A DNA stretch of 64,000 nucleotides. It comes from Gemmatimonadota bacterium. GTDB taxonomy: Bacteria; Gemmatimonadota; Gemmatimonadetes; Palauibacterales; Palauibacteraceae. Positions within the stretch are counted from its first letter, which is position 1. The number at the start of each line of letters is the position of its first letter. This document shows positions 1 through 9,593 of the stretch, one piece after another. A program made the translations under genes and the position numbers. The stretch is from the NCBI GenBank assembly GCA_039588275.1, contig JBDHAC010000006.1, positions 32,001 through 96,000 on the forward strand. Reading direction: 5' to 3'. The notes under the pieces were generated by a model. It was not told the DNA's origin and searched no databases. It worked only from the letters and a program-made list of their open reading frames with translations.

Positions 1-14
1 CCGGTGAGGCTCGC

Positions 15-1361
15 TCAGCCGTACAGCGGCCGGTCCTCCTCCAGCCGCGCATCGACCTCTTCCCCCGGCGCCTCGATCAGCTCCAACAGCGGCCGGGGAT
101 CCTTCGGCTCGACACGCGCCAGCGTGAACACGCGGAATACCCGTGCCGCGTGGTGTAGCGAGCGACTCAAGCGCGGAAGATCGATGAGTCCCTTCTCTCC
201 CCTCGAGGTAAGCCGCTGAACGCCACCGTCCCGCCTCACGAGGAGGAGCCGCAGCTGAAGCATCTCGGGATAGCCGGGATAGTCGAGAATCACGTAGTCT
301 TCGGGTAGACCCCATTCATCTGCCAGACGAGCCTCCAGCCTCGCTACGAGCTTCGGGCGCTCCGCGACCCAGGACGAGACCCCGGCCGGCAGCGAGTCGC
401 CGAAGAGCTCTACCGCTCGCTTCGGAAGACGGCGATGTGTGAGCGAATCGAGAAGCAGAGCGATTCGCTCGAGCAGGACCCCGGGCGCCTCCGGATCCAC
501 CGAAAGCTCGACGCGGTGCGCCATCAAGCCGAGCAGTTCCTCGTCCGTCGGCCCGGCGAGCTCGTCCGCCGCCAGCAGACCCACTTCGAGCGCGGCTTCG
601 ATCAGCCTGCGGAACGTGGTTGTGGCGGCGCGAACGGCGTGGTGCCAGTAGACGTTCCGGAACATCTGGTACTTGGAGAACAGGAGCGACTCGAGCGCCG
701 AAAGACCCTTCTCCGTTACGCCCACCTCGAGCGGCGCGGTCTCCGACTCCCGCGCCAGGGTGAGCGAGTCGAGCAAGCGTTCGACGTCGACGGCTCCATA
801 CGGGACGCCGCAGAAGAAGCTGTCCCGCCTCAGGTAGTCGATCTTGTCCAGATCGAGCGACCCCGCCACCAGTCCCTGCAGCGGGTGGTCCGAATCCCCC
901 CGAATGAGCTCCGAGATGCGTGGAATCGCGTCCTCGCCGTGCACCGCCAGCGCCTCACGGATGGGCCCGGCGTCGAGGAAGCGGGCCGCGACCTCTTCAT
1001 GGTGCCCCGGGATGGAATCCGGTCCAAGCTCCTCCATCGCGTGCGAAAACGCGTAGTGACCCACGTCGTGGAGCAGCGCTGCGAGGCGCACGATCGGGAT
1101 CAGCGCGTGCTCCGCTTCGGTCAGCTTCGCCAGGTCGCCGGTCCGGCGCAGCGTCTCGATCGCGCGGGTCGTCAGGTGGTAGACGCCCAGAGCATGTAGG
1201 AAGCGCGAATGGACCGCGCCAGGATACGCGAGGTGGGCGAAGCCGAGCTGTTTGACCCGACGCAGTCGCTGGAACTCGGGCGTGTCCAGGATGGTGGCCG
1301 CATCCGGATCGACCGGGATGTTCTGCCAGACGGGGTCTCGAACCGTGCGCGTGCGTGTCAT
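15..1361 (-). CDS. HD-domain phosphohydrolase (SAMHD1/dNTP triphosphohydrolase-like)
   Basis: Motifs RDPV, FQRLRRVKQLG, HSRFLHALG, LLHDVGH, DLDKIDYLRRD and VYWH. Start placed at the ATG of MTRTRTVRDP (1361); the ORF is open to 1400. Confidence 0.88.
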   Translation of the reverse strand: MTRTRTVRDPVWQNIPVDPDAATILDTPEFQRLRRVKQLGFAHLAYPGAVHSRFLHALGVYHLTTRAIETLRRTGDLAKLTEAEHALIPIVRLAALLHDVGHYAFSHAMEELGPDSIPGHHEEVAARFLDAGPIREALAVHGEDAIPRISELIRGDSDHPLQGLVAGSLDLDKIDYLRRDSFFCGVPYGAVDVERLLDSLTLARESETAPLEVGVTEKGLSALESLLFSKYQMFRNVYWHHAVRAATTTFRRLIEAALEVGLLAADELAGPTDEELLGLMAHRVELSVDPEAPGVLLERIALLLDSLTHRRLPKRAVELFGDSLPAGVSSWVAERPKLVARLEARLADEWGLPEDYVILDYPGYPEMLQLRLLLVRRDGGVQRLTSRGEKGLIDLPRLSRSLHHAARVFRVFTLARVEPKDPRPLLELIEAPGEEVDARLEEDRPLYG

Positions 1362-1418
1362 GGGCCCCGCCAAGATGAACGGCGGCTCATCAACCAGCAA
1401 TCAACGTCGCCGCCTCGC

Positions 1419-1448
1419 TTGACACGGCCGGTCGGCGCCGGAGAGAAT
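1419..1448 (+). promoter_or_regulatory. Putative sigma70 promoter (TTGACA-18-GAGAAT)
   Basis: Perfect -35 TTGACA at 1419-1424 and GAGAAT at 1443-1448, upstream of a long hairpin and the 1561 gene. Confidence 0.45.
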
Positions 1449-1560
1449 GCAGGGCGACCGGACCGCCGTCTCGACCCGTACTCGCCGGCGGAGACCGGCG
1501 AGGTGAGGGGTGGGCGGGAGCTTGCGGCCGGTTCGCCGACACCTAGCCACGGAGGGCCGC

Positions 1561-1953
1561 GTGGAGATCAAGCCGGGTCGGATGGTACACCTCGGATACG
1601 CCAAGTACTGGCGCTCCGATCAGATCGTCGGGTTGATCCCGATCGAAGAAGACCGCGGCCCCGGACGACGGACCGAGGTATACGTCGCGACGGGTGGCGA
1701 TCCCATCACCGCCTCTCGAGCCGAGAGCTCGATCCTGCACGACATGGCCTCGATGCCGGACGAGGTGCGGGCCGCGGAAGTCGGCTCCATCGCGGAAGAC
1801 ATGGTGGAGGCTCTGCGCGAGCTTTCGCCGGTCCTCCGGCGGATGCTCAAGAACGAGGAGTCGTTCGACGTCGAGTACTGGCTTCGCCGGCTGCGGCAGG
1901 TGACGGAGCGACACGAGGACGGGGGATCGCAGGAAGACCTGTTCGAGGGCTGA
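1561..1953 (+). CDS. Conserved hypothetical protein, weakly RemA/DUF370-like N-terminus
   Basis: GGAGG SD at 1551 before GTG 1561. VHLGYAKYWRSDQIVG...GRRTEVYV...ITAS resembles the RemA pattern INIGFGN..A.RI...GRRTR.V; helical acidic C-terminus. Confidence 0.65.
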   Translation: MEIKPGRMVHLGYAKYWRSDQIVGLIPIEEDRGPGRRTEVYVATGGDPITASRAESSILHDMASMPDEVRAAEVGSIAEDMVEALRELSPVLRRMLKNEESFDVEYWLRRLRQVTERHEDGGSQEDLFEG

Positions 1954-2101
1954 GGGGTAGCTGATGGCCCCGGCGCCGGCCGCAGTTTCCGGCCTACGCA
2001 TCTCCTGCGGCCGCGCCAGCGCCTGACCCGACCCGGTTCCCACCCCTCCGACCCGGCCACACCACCGGAACGACGCTTCCCGCGAACGGTACTTTCGCTA
2101 C

Positions 2102-4240
2102 GTGAGTACAGCGAATACCGGAAGCACCAGTGTGACCTGCCTGCGGCTCGCGGCGCTGTGCCTTGCCGCAGCCACGCCGGCAGCGGCCCAGGCGGTCGAG
2201 GGCACCCAAACGGTCGAGGGCAGCCAAACGGTCGAGGGCGGCCAAACGGTCGAGGGCGCCCAGGCCGCGGATTCCGCGTGGAACGGCTCCGACGCGGTCC
2301 ATATCGCGCGGCGCGCGGTCGAGGCGCGGAAGCACGCATACGCCGACAGCTCGCTGCGCAGCTTCCGGGCGCGCGCCCAGGGACACATCTACTTCCTGGG
2401 CGAGTTCGAGGAGGATCGCGAGCTGGTGCGCGCCGACCAGGTCGCGCTTCAGATCTCGTGGGAAGCGCCGGACCGGGCGCTCCAGACGATCGTGGGGCGG
2501 CGACACGAGGTTCGGCTGCCTACTCGAATCCAGTACCACATCGACCACCTGAGCCTCGTGCTCGACAACTTCGGCGACCGGATCCGGCTCGGGGAGGGGG
2601 ACGAAGTCTGGAACGTCCTGCACCCGGCAGCCCGTGGTGCCCTGCGCTACTACGAATACAGGCTAGTCGACTCCTTCGAGATTCGCGTCAGGGATCGGGT
2701 GACGCACGTGGATCGAGTCGACGTGCGACCGAGGGACTCGGCGCTTCCGGGCGTAGTGGGGACCATGTACGTGGACAGCGAGTCCGGTGCGATCGCTCGC
2801 CTCCGCGTAACGTTCACGAGCGCCTCGTACCGCGACCCCGACCTCGAGTACATCACGCTGGATCTCCGCTCGGCGCTCTGGGACGGACGCTACTGGCTTC
2901 CCTACGAGCAGGACCTGGAGATCCGGAGACAGCTGTCCTGGCTCAGCTTCCCGGTAGGCAGCGTGATCCGCACCCGGATCCGGGTGCTCGACTACGAGAT
3001 CAACGGGGTGCCCCAATACCGGATCGCATCGGGCGAGCGAATCGCATCGCTTCCGGCGCCGACCCTGGCCGAATACGAGGAGTGGGAGACTCCGCTGTAC
3101 GCGGGTCCGCTCGGGGAGAACGAGCTGTCGGACCACGAGCTCGCCCAGACCCGCGCGAGGGCGAGAGAGCTCGTGAAGCCCCAGGCCCTGTTGGGGGGTG
3201 AGCGCCTGCAGCTTCACCTCCCGAACGCCTCTTCGGCCGTGCGCGCGCGCCGCGCGGAGGGGATCCTGCTCGGCGGCGGCGGTGCGTACCGTCTCGACGA
3301 GCGGAGCGAGTTGTCGTTCTGGGGTGGGTACGCCTTCGGGCGGGAGCGGCCTCAGCTCCGCCTCGGAGCCGATCGCTGGAGCGGCAGCTGGCGGGTGAGC
3401 GCCGAGGGGTTCTACAACGCGCTGCAGGATGTCGGCAGCTTCCAGGCGGCGTCGGGGCTGACGCAGACACTGTCTCTGGCACTCGAGGGCGAGGATTACA
3501 CGGACCCGTACTTCGAGCATGGAGGGCGCCTCGGCGTCTCGGGACCGGTTCTCGGGGGCCGGGTCGGAGTTGGGCTCGCCGCCGCGAGTCACCGCTCTGC
3601 GGATCTGATCATGCAGACCGTGCTGATCGGACAGGCCGAGCTGCGTCCCGTGCGCCCCATCGACGACGGCACGCTAGTCGCGCTGGAGGCGTCCTTCGAG
3701 CGCGAGCTGGGCAGGATTCTCCACACCGCGTGGCGCATGGAGCTGGACGGGGAAGCGAGCGCGGGTGTGATCGGCGACTTCGGGTTCACGCGGGCGCTCC
3801 TCACGCTCTTGGGCGAGCGGGCCGAGGCCGGCGGCGATTGGGACTGGACGGCGCGTCTCGGGCTCGGGGCGGCGGGAGGCGAGCTCCCGGCGCAACGACT
3901 CTTCTTGCTGGGTGGGCGCGGGACGTTGCCCGGTTACGCGTTCCGGTCCTGGGGAGGAGACCGCGTGGCGTGGCTGGAGGCGGACGTGTCGAGGGCGCTC
4001 GTCGACCCCTGGGTTGGGATACACGCGCTCGGGTCGATGGGTTGGACGGACCTGACCTCGGTCGGTCAGTCCGCCGCCGATCGATTCGGAGTCGCGCAGA
4101 CGGTCGGAACGAAGGCGTCAGCAGGTGTGGGGCTCGGGCTGTTCTATGACATCCTGCGGATCGACCTGGCGCGCGGTCTGGACGGCGGCGAGTGGGCGCT
4201 CTTCGTCTCCCTCAATCGGGCGCTCTGGTCAGTGCTCTGA
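2102..4240 (+). CDS. Outer-membrane protein with signal peptide and C-terminal beta-barrel (BamA/TamA/DUF5686-like end)
   Basis: Signal peptide ending PAAAQA; LGGRGTLPGY (Omp85-type loop motif); C-terminal strand pattern GVGLG...LRIDLARG. Confidence 0.7.
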   Translation: MSTANTGSTSVTCLRLAALCLAAATPAAAQAVEGTQTVEGSQTVEGGQTVEGAQAADSAWNGSDAVHIARRAVEARKHAYADSSLRSFRARAQGHIYFLGEFEEDRELVRADQVALQISWEAPDRALQTIVGRRHEVRLPTRIQYHIDHLSLVLDNFGDRIRLGEGDEVWNVLHPAARGALRYYEYRLVDSFEIRVRDRVTHVDRVDVRPRDSALPGVVGTMYVDSESGAIARLRVTFTSASYRDPDLEYITLDLRSALWDGRYWLPYEQDLEIRRQLSWLSFPVGSVIRTRIRVLDYEINGVPQYRIASGERIASLPAPTLAEYEEWETPLYAGPLGENELSDHELAQTRARARELVKPQALLGGERLQLHLPNASSAVRARRAEGILLGGGGAYRLDERSELSFWGGYAFGRERPQLRLGADRWSGSWRVSAEGFYNALQDVGSFQAASGLTQTLSLALEGEDYTDPYFEHGGRLGVSGPVLGGRVGVGLAAASHRSADLIMQTVLIGQAELRPVRPIDDGTLVALEASFERELGRILHTAWRMELDGEASAGVIGDFGFTRALLTLLGERAEAGGDWDWTARLGLGAAGGELPAQRLFLLGGRGTLPGYAFRSWGGDRVAWLEADVSRALVDPWVGIHALGSMGWTDLTSVGQSAADRFGVAQTVGTKASAGVGLGLFYDILRIDLARGLDGGEWALFVSLNRALWSVL
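2193..2263 (+). repeat. 18-bp tandem repeat x4 (CGGTCGAGGGCNSCCAAA) encoding VEGxQT
   Basis: Units start at 2193, 2211, 2229 and 2247; in frame just after the signal peptide. Confidence 0.9.
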
Positions 4241-4294
4241 CACACGGTCCCGCCGACACTCATCGGAACGACACCGCCAGGAGACACGAGACCG

Positions 4295-5050
4295 ATGCAT
4301 GACCGCGAGATCCGCCTGGAACGGATGACCTCGCCCGAGGTCGCTCGGGCCCTGGAACAAGGTTTCAAGACCGCCGTCGTCGCTTGTGGGGCGGTCGAGC
4401 AGCACGGGCCGCATCTGGCCATGTCGATGGATGCCGAGCACGGAGACCGGCTCGCTTTGGAGGTTGCCCGCCGGCTTGGCGACGCCCTGGTCGCGCCGAC
4501 GATCCGCGTCGGCTGCTCAGAGCACCACATTGCCTTCAAGGGCACGGTCTCCCTCGAGCGCGAGACCTTCCTCGCCGTGTGCCGAGACTATTGCTCAAGT
4601 CTCGCCAGGCACGGTTTCGAGAGGCTGTACTTCGTCCCGACTCACGGAGGCAACTTTGCGCCGTTGAAGGAGGGGCGGGACGCCCTCGACGAAGCGGCAG
4701 GGGCCGCGTGTTCTGTTGAAGTGTACGCGGACTTGATGGAAGTCATAGAGGTGTGGCGCGGGATCGCGGAGCGCGAGACCGGTCTTGGAGAGCGCGTGGG
4801 CGGGCACGCCGACCTCGCGGAAACCTCCGTCATGCTGACGCTTCGCCCCGACTTCGTTCGGGAGGAGAAGGCGGAGCAGGGTTTCATGGCCTCGCCCGAG
4901 GACCGCGAGGAGGTCGTGAGCCGGATCCTCCGTGACGGCTTCGCCGCGGTGACTCCGAACGGCATCCTCGGAGACGCGAGAGGTGCGACCGCGGAGTTGG
5001 GCGCAGCTCTGATCGCCGGGTTGGCGGACGCGGTGGTGTCGTCGTTCTAG
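4295..5050 (+). CDS. Creatininase/amidohydrolase family protein
   Basis: GAVEQHGPHL, GCSEHH, HGGN, GGHADLAETS and PNGILGD motifs. Confidence 0.92.
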   Translation: MHDREIRLERMTSPEVARALEQGFKTAVVACGAVEQHGPHLAMSMDAEHGDRLALEVARRLGDALVAPTIRVGCSEHHIAFKGTVSLERETFLAVCRDYCSSLARHGFERLYFVPTHGGNFAPLKEGRDALDEAAGAACSVEVYADLMEVIEVWRGIAERETGLGERVGGHADLAETSVMLTLRPDFVREEKAEQGFMASPEDREEVVSRILRDGFAAVTPNGILGDARGATAELGAALIAGLADAVVSSF

Positions 5051-5219
5051 AACCGGCAGGAGCCGGCAGCGCGAGCAGGGGCACGGTGAGCAGCGATGCG
5101 AGCAGGCGTCGATTCATGCTGGGGAACGCTCCGTGTGGTCCTAGAGGAAGGGTCCCGGCTCCCGACTCCGCAATAGGACGGATCCCGGGCAGGCAGGGTT
5201 GTAAGCCGTCGCGAGAAGA

Positions 5220-5268
5220 CTGGCCGGGCCCCGGTCGGCTCGCTCGGAGCGCGCCGGGGCCCGGCCAG
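5220..5268 (-). terminator. Intrinsic terminator-like hairpin after the epimerase gene
   Basis: 15-bp perfect stem 5220-5234/5254-5268 followed by TCTTCT on the minus strand. Confidence 0.65.
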
Positions 5269-5283
5269 GTGGAACTGTCCTGG

Positions 5284-6423
5284 CTATCCGGCGTCCCGTG
5301 CATGCCAGGCGGCGAGAACGTCGACTTCGCGCTCGGCGGGCAGGCCGAAGCGCGAACGCCCCTGACGCTCTTCGTCCAGCGTCTTCCACCACGCGACGGT
5401 GTCGATCGCCGTTTCGGCCAGGGGCCGGAAGGTGAGGCCTTTCTCCAGCGCCCGGGCGATGCTCACCTGCAGCAGACCGCCGCCCTCGCCCTCGGGCGGC
5501 ACCCAGGCCGGCATGTGCAGCCATGGCTGCACCTCGTGCTCCTGCAGGAACTCGGCGTCGACCCAGGTAAAGGTGGCGTCGGCCTCCAGCGCATCGCGGA
5601 TCTCGGTCAGCATCGGCCCCATGCCCATGCGGGTCGCCGGTCCGGTCGCGTTGTAGGTGCCCGTGTGTGACTGCTCGACCAGGTGAATCATGAACTCGCT
5701 GAGATCGCGCGCGTCGATGACCTGCACCGGGTCGTCCGGCGTGCCCGGCGCCATCACTTCGCCACCCCTGTCCACGCGCACCGGCCAATACGTCCAGCGA
5801 TCGGTGGGGTCGCCGGGGCCGACGATCAGCCCGGGTCGCACGACGGCGGCACGGCCGGGGAAGGCCTTCATGGCTTCCTGTTCGCTCAACGCCTTGAGCG
5901 GTCCGTACGTCTCGCCCGTGATCTCCTCGACCGTCTCGTCTTCGATAGTGCCGACCGCGTCATCTTCGGTGATGCCGACCTTCGAGGGATCGCCGTACGC
6001 GGAGATCGAGGAGACGAACAGGTAGTGCCCGGCCCGCTCCGACAGGAGCCCCGCCGATTGCCGCACCCAGCGCGGGATCGAGGCGGAGTTGTCGAGCACC
6101 GCATCCCACTCGCCGGTCTCCAGCGCGGTGAGGTCGTCGTTCCGGTCACCCTTCAGCCACTCGACGCGCTCGAACAGGTCGTGGAAGAACGGGGGCTCGG
6201 TCTGGCCGCGGTTGAAGATGGTCACTTCGTGGCCCCGTTCCAGCGCGTACTTGACCTGATGAGGTCCGATGAAGCTCGTGCCTCCGAGGATCAATATGCG
6301 CATGGCGCCAGGTGGTCCCTCCTGCGCGTCGCCGCTCGCGCCCGCCAGAGTCGGGCGGATCAGTCCGAATCCGAGCGCACTCGCGCCCGCGAGCCGGAGG
6401 AATTCCCTACGGTCGGTCGTCAT
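5284..6423 (-). CDS. NAD-dependent epimerase/dehydratase (SDR) with twin-arginine signal
   Basis: MTTDRREFLR Tat motif, ILILGGTSFIG Rossmann motif, YGPLK (YxxxK); GGAG SD upstream of ATG 6423. Confidence 0.88.
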   Translation of the reverse strand: MTTDRREFLRLAGASALGFGLIRPTLAGASGDAQEGPPGAMRILILGGTSFIGPHQVKYALERGHEVTIFNRGQTEPPFFHDLFERVEWLKGDRNDDLTALETGEWDAVLDNSASIPRWVRQSAGLLSERAGHYLFVSSISAYGDPSKVGITEDDAVGTIEDETVEEITGETYGPLKALSEQEAMKAFPGRAAVVRPGLIVGPGDPTDRWTYWPVRVDRGGEVMAPGTPDDPVQVIDARDLSEFMIHLVEQSHTGTYNATGPATRMGMGPMLTEIRDALEADATFTWVDAEFLQEHEVQPWLHMPAWVPPEGEGGGLLQVSIARALEKGLTFRPLAETAIDTVAWWKTLDEERQGRSRFGLPAEREVDVLAAWHARDAG

Positions 6424-6446
6424 GTGGTCTCCTCTTCGGCGGGTCG

Positions 6447-9221
6447 TCAGCCGAACTTGGTGTCGTACCATGTGGACCCCACACCCAGATCCACTTTCAG
6501 GGGCACGGCCAGCTCGATCGCACGCTCCATCTCGGAACGAACGAGCGCGCTGACCGCGTCGATCTCCGTTTCAGGCGCCTCGATCAGGAGCTCATCGTGG
6601 ACCTGCAGCAGCATCCTGGCCCCGGTATCCGCCAGCCGCTCGTGCAGCTCGATCATCGCGATCTTGATCAGGTCCGCGGCGGTTCCCTGTATGGGGGAGT
6701 TCGTCGCGGTGCGCTCGCCAAACCCGCGCTGACCCGGGTTGCGTGACCGGATTTCCGGAACATAGCGCCGACGCCCGATCAGCGTCTCGACGTATCCCTT
6801 CTCGCGCGCCATCTCCTTCATCTGCTCGAGGTAGTCGGCCACGCCCCTGAAGCGCTCGAAGTACTGATCGATGAACTGTCGCGCCTCGGTTCGCGAGATC
6901 CCGAGCTGGGCCGCCAGCGCCACGGGTCCCTGCCCGTAGATCGTGGCGAAGTTGATCGTCTTCGCCTGGTCCCGCATGGCCGGGGTCACACGCCCGGATT
7001 CCACTCCGAAGATCAGCGCCGCCGTCTCGCGATGAATGTCGCGATCCGCGCCGAACGCCTCCAGGAAGACCGGATCGCCCGACAGGTGCGCGAGCACCCG
7101 TAGCTCGATCTGAGAGTAGTCGGCGCCGATGAGGAGTTGACTGGGAGCCGGCACGAACCCTTTGCGGATCTCGCGACCGAGGGGCGAGCGGATCGGGATG
7201 TTCTGGAGGTTCGGATCGGACGAAGAGAGGCGCCCCGTAGCGGTGACGGTCTGGTTGAAGGAGGTGTGGATCCGTCCATCCTCTGGAGAGACGAGAAGCG
7301 GCAGCTTGCTCACGTACGTCGAGTCCAGCTTGTCCAGCTCGCGGTGCTCGAGGATCAGCCGGGGCATCGCGTGGCCCATTCCGGCCAGCTGCTCCAGCAC
7401 GCTCTCGTCGGTGGATGGACCGGTCTTCGTCCGTTTCACCACCGGTAGCTCGAGCTTCTCGAACAGCAGCTCCCGCATCTGCGGGACGGATCGGAGATTG
7501 ACCTCTTCGCCCGCCACCTTGCGGATCTCGTCGCTCACGAGCTCCAATTCCGCTCGCAGCTTCTCCCCGAGCGCCGCGAAGAAATCCACGTCGATCGCGA
7601 TCCCGACACGCTCCATGTGGGCGAGCACGGGCAGGAGCGGCATTTCCACCGTCTCGAACAGGCGCTCCATGCCGTGTGCGCGAAGCTCGTCCCGCTGCGG
7701 CTCCAGCAGACGGAGCGAGTAATCGGCGCCTTCGCACGCGTGCGTCATCGCCGCTTCTCGCGCCACCTGATCGAGCGGCGTCGCGGCGCGTCCACTGCCG
7801 CTCAGGTCCTTCGCCGTCCGCAGCTGCGCCGAGAAGCGGTCGAGCGCGAGGAGATCGAGCGAGCGCTCGCGGGCCGCCGGGTCCAGGCAGTACGAAGCGA
7901 CGGCCGTGTCGAACGCGAGCCCGCCCAACCCGACACCGACCCGCGAGAGCAGCTGGAGCGCGTACTTGAGGTCGTGCCCCACCTTGGGGCGATCCGACTC
8001 GAGGAGCCGGCGCACGTCCTCCATCTCGGGGGCGTCGAGTGGCGGCAGGTTGGCGACCTCCTCCGCATCCAGTCCCAGCGTCGGATTCCCCTGCGCATCG
8101 CGGACGACTTCGGGGGGACGGTGGCCCAGCGGGAGGTAGAACGCGCGTCCGGGCTCGGCGGATAAAGCGATCCCGACGAGCCGGGCGCGCAGTGGATCCA
8201 CGGTCGTGCCCAGGGCGAACACGGCCAGGGGCTCGGCCTCGCGCAGCTCGCGCGCCATGGCACTCGCGCGCTCCGCCGTCTCGACCAGCTCGTAGTCCAC
8301 GCCGGTGACCGGCGCCGCGTCCGCCGTGGGCTCGACCTCGCGGAGGAGATTGTGGAACTCGAGCTCGAGGAAGATGGCCTGTACGCGCTCCCGATCTGGT
8401 TGTTCGCGTTCCAGCCCGCCCAAATCCAGCTCGACCGGGGCGTCGCTCCGGATCGTGACCAGCTCTTTGGAGAGGCGCGCCTCCTCGGCGTGCGCCTGGA
8501 GGGCGTTTCGGGCGCGCTCGCTCGACACCTCCTCCGCGTGAGCCAGGATTCCCTCCAGATCGCCGAACTCCCGGATGAGCCCTGGTGCCGTCTTCTTCCC
8601 GATCCCCGGGACACCGGGGACGTTGTCCGAGCTGTCACCGAGCAACGCCAGATAGTCCGTGACCCGCTCCGGAGGGACTCCGAAGCGATCTTCCGCGTTG
8701 TCGAGCGAGACCCACTCCTGCTCGACCCCCGCCGGGCCGCCCCGTCCGGGGTTGAGCAAGGCCGTATCCTCGTCGATCAGCTGGTGGAAGTCCTTGTCCC
8801 CGGAGACGATCACGGTGCGAAGACCGGCGTCGGCGGCCTGCGAGGAGAGCGTTCCGATCACGTCGTCCGCTTCCCACCCGTCGGCCTCGATTACCGGCAC
8901 CCGGAACGCCTCGAAGATCTCTCGACAGCGTGGCAGCGACGCTCGGAGCTCATCCGGCATCTTCTCGCGGGTCGCCTTGTATTCCGGGAAGAGCTCCGTG
9001 CGGAAGCTGTCTCCGGCGTCGAACACCACCCCGAGATAGGCGGGGTCGTGATCCTCGATCAGCCTCAGGAGAAAGCGGGCGATACCGTACGGTGCGGATG
9101 TGTTCTCACCGCTCGAAGTGGTGAGCGGTCGGCTGATCATCGCGAAGAAGGCTCGATAGATCAGCGCGTAGCCGTCGAGCAGAAAGAGACGGGGTCGGTC
9201 GCCGGGTGTTTCGTTCGGCAT
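6447..9221 (-). CDS. polA: DNA polymerase I
   Basis: 5'-3' exonuclease (LLDG..LIYRAFFA, EADDVIG, GDKD, GDSSDN); polymerase motifs TGRLSSSDPNLQNIP, DYSQIELR, KTINF and QVHDEL. Confidence 0.98.
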   Translation of the reverse strand: MPNETPGDRPRLFLLDGYALIYRAFFAMISRPLTTSSGENTSAPYGIARFLLRLIEDHDPAYLGVVFDAGDSFRTELFPEYKATREKMPDELRASLPRCREIFEAFRVPVIEADGWEADDVIGTLSSQAADAGLRTVIVSGDKDFHQLIDEDTALLNPGRGGPAGVEQEWVSLDNAEDRFGVPPERVTDYLALLGDSSDNVPGVPGIGKKTAPGLIREFGDLEGILAHAEEVSSERARNALQAHAEEARLSKELVTIRSDAPVELDLGGLEREQPDRERVQAIFLELEFHNLLREVEPTADAAPVTGVDYELVETAERASAMARELREAEPLAVFALGTTVDPLRARLVGIALSAEPGRAFYLPLGHRPPEVVRDAQGNPTLGLDAEEVANLPPLDAPEMEDVRRLLESDRPKVGHDLKYALQLLSRVGVGLGGLAFDTAVASYCLDPAARERSLDLLALDRFSAQLRTAKDLSGSGRAATPLDQVAREAAMTHACEGADYSLRLLEPQRDELRAHGMERLFETVEMPLLPVLAHMERVGIAIDVDFFAALGEKLRAELELVSDEIRKVAGEEVNLRSVPQMRELLFEKLELPVVKRTKTGPSTDESVLEQLAGMGHAMPRLILEHRELDKLDSTYVSKLPLLVSPEDGRIHTSFNQTVTATGRLSSSDPNLQNIPIRSPLGREIRKGFVPAPSQLLIGADYSQIELRVLAHLSGDPVFLEAFGADRDIHRETAALIFGVESGRVTPAMRDQAKTINFATIYGQGPVALAAQLGISRTEARQFIDQYFERFRGVADYLEQMKEMAREKGYVETLIGRRRYVPEIRSRNPGQRGFGERTATNSPIQGTAADLIKIAMIELHERLADTGARMLLQVHDELLIEAPETEIDAVSALVRSEMERAIELAVPLKVDLGVGSTWYDTKFG

Positions 9222-9250
9222 CTAGCGGACGGTCCACAGGGGATGATTTC

Positions 9251-9291
9251 AAAAAAAAGAACGCGCCCCGGCCGCTGGGCGGGGCGCGTTC
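9251..9291 (-). terminator. Rho-independent terminator of the cold-shock gene
   Basis: 12-bp stem GAACGCGCCCCG/CGGGGCGCGTTC followed by T8 on the minus strand. Confidence 0.9.
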
Positions 9292-9314
9292 GAGCGTCCG
9301 GAGCTCCTCAGGCG

Positions 9315-9521
9315 CTAGCTGGGCTTCGCGACCCTCGTCGCGTGGAGGCCCTTGTCACCTTGGGTGAACTCGTAGTCCACCTCCATCCCTTCCGACAGCG
9401 TCTTGTAGCCGTCCATATCGATGGAACTGTAGTGAACGAACACGTCGTCACCACCATCGGTTTGCTCGATGAATCCGTAACCCTTGGCATCGTTAAACCA
9501 CTTCACCCGACCTACTGGCAT
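9315..9521 (-). CDS. cspA: Cold-shock protein (CspA family)
   Basis: GRVKWFNDAKGYGFI and DVFVHYS RNP motifs, 68 aa, AGGAGG SD. Confidence 0.96.
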   Translation of the reverse strand: MPVGRVKWFNDAKGYGFIEQTDGGDDVFVHYSSIDMDGYKTLSEGMEVDYEFTQGDKGLHATRVAKPS

Positions 9522-9593
9522 CTACGGCCTCCTACGACGAAAAGACGGGTCTAGCAACGTCCGAGGGTGGCCCCTCGGGGGAAAGTCGCTCGT

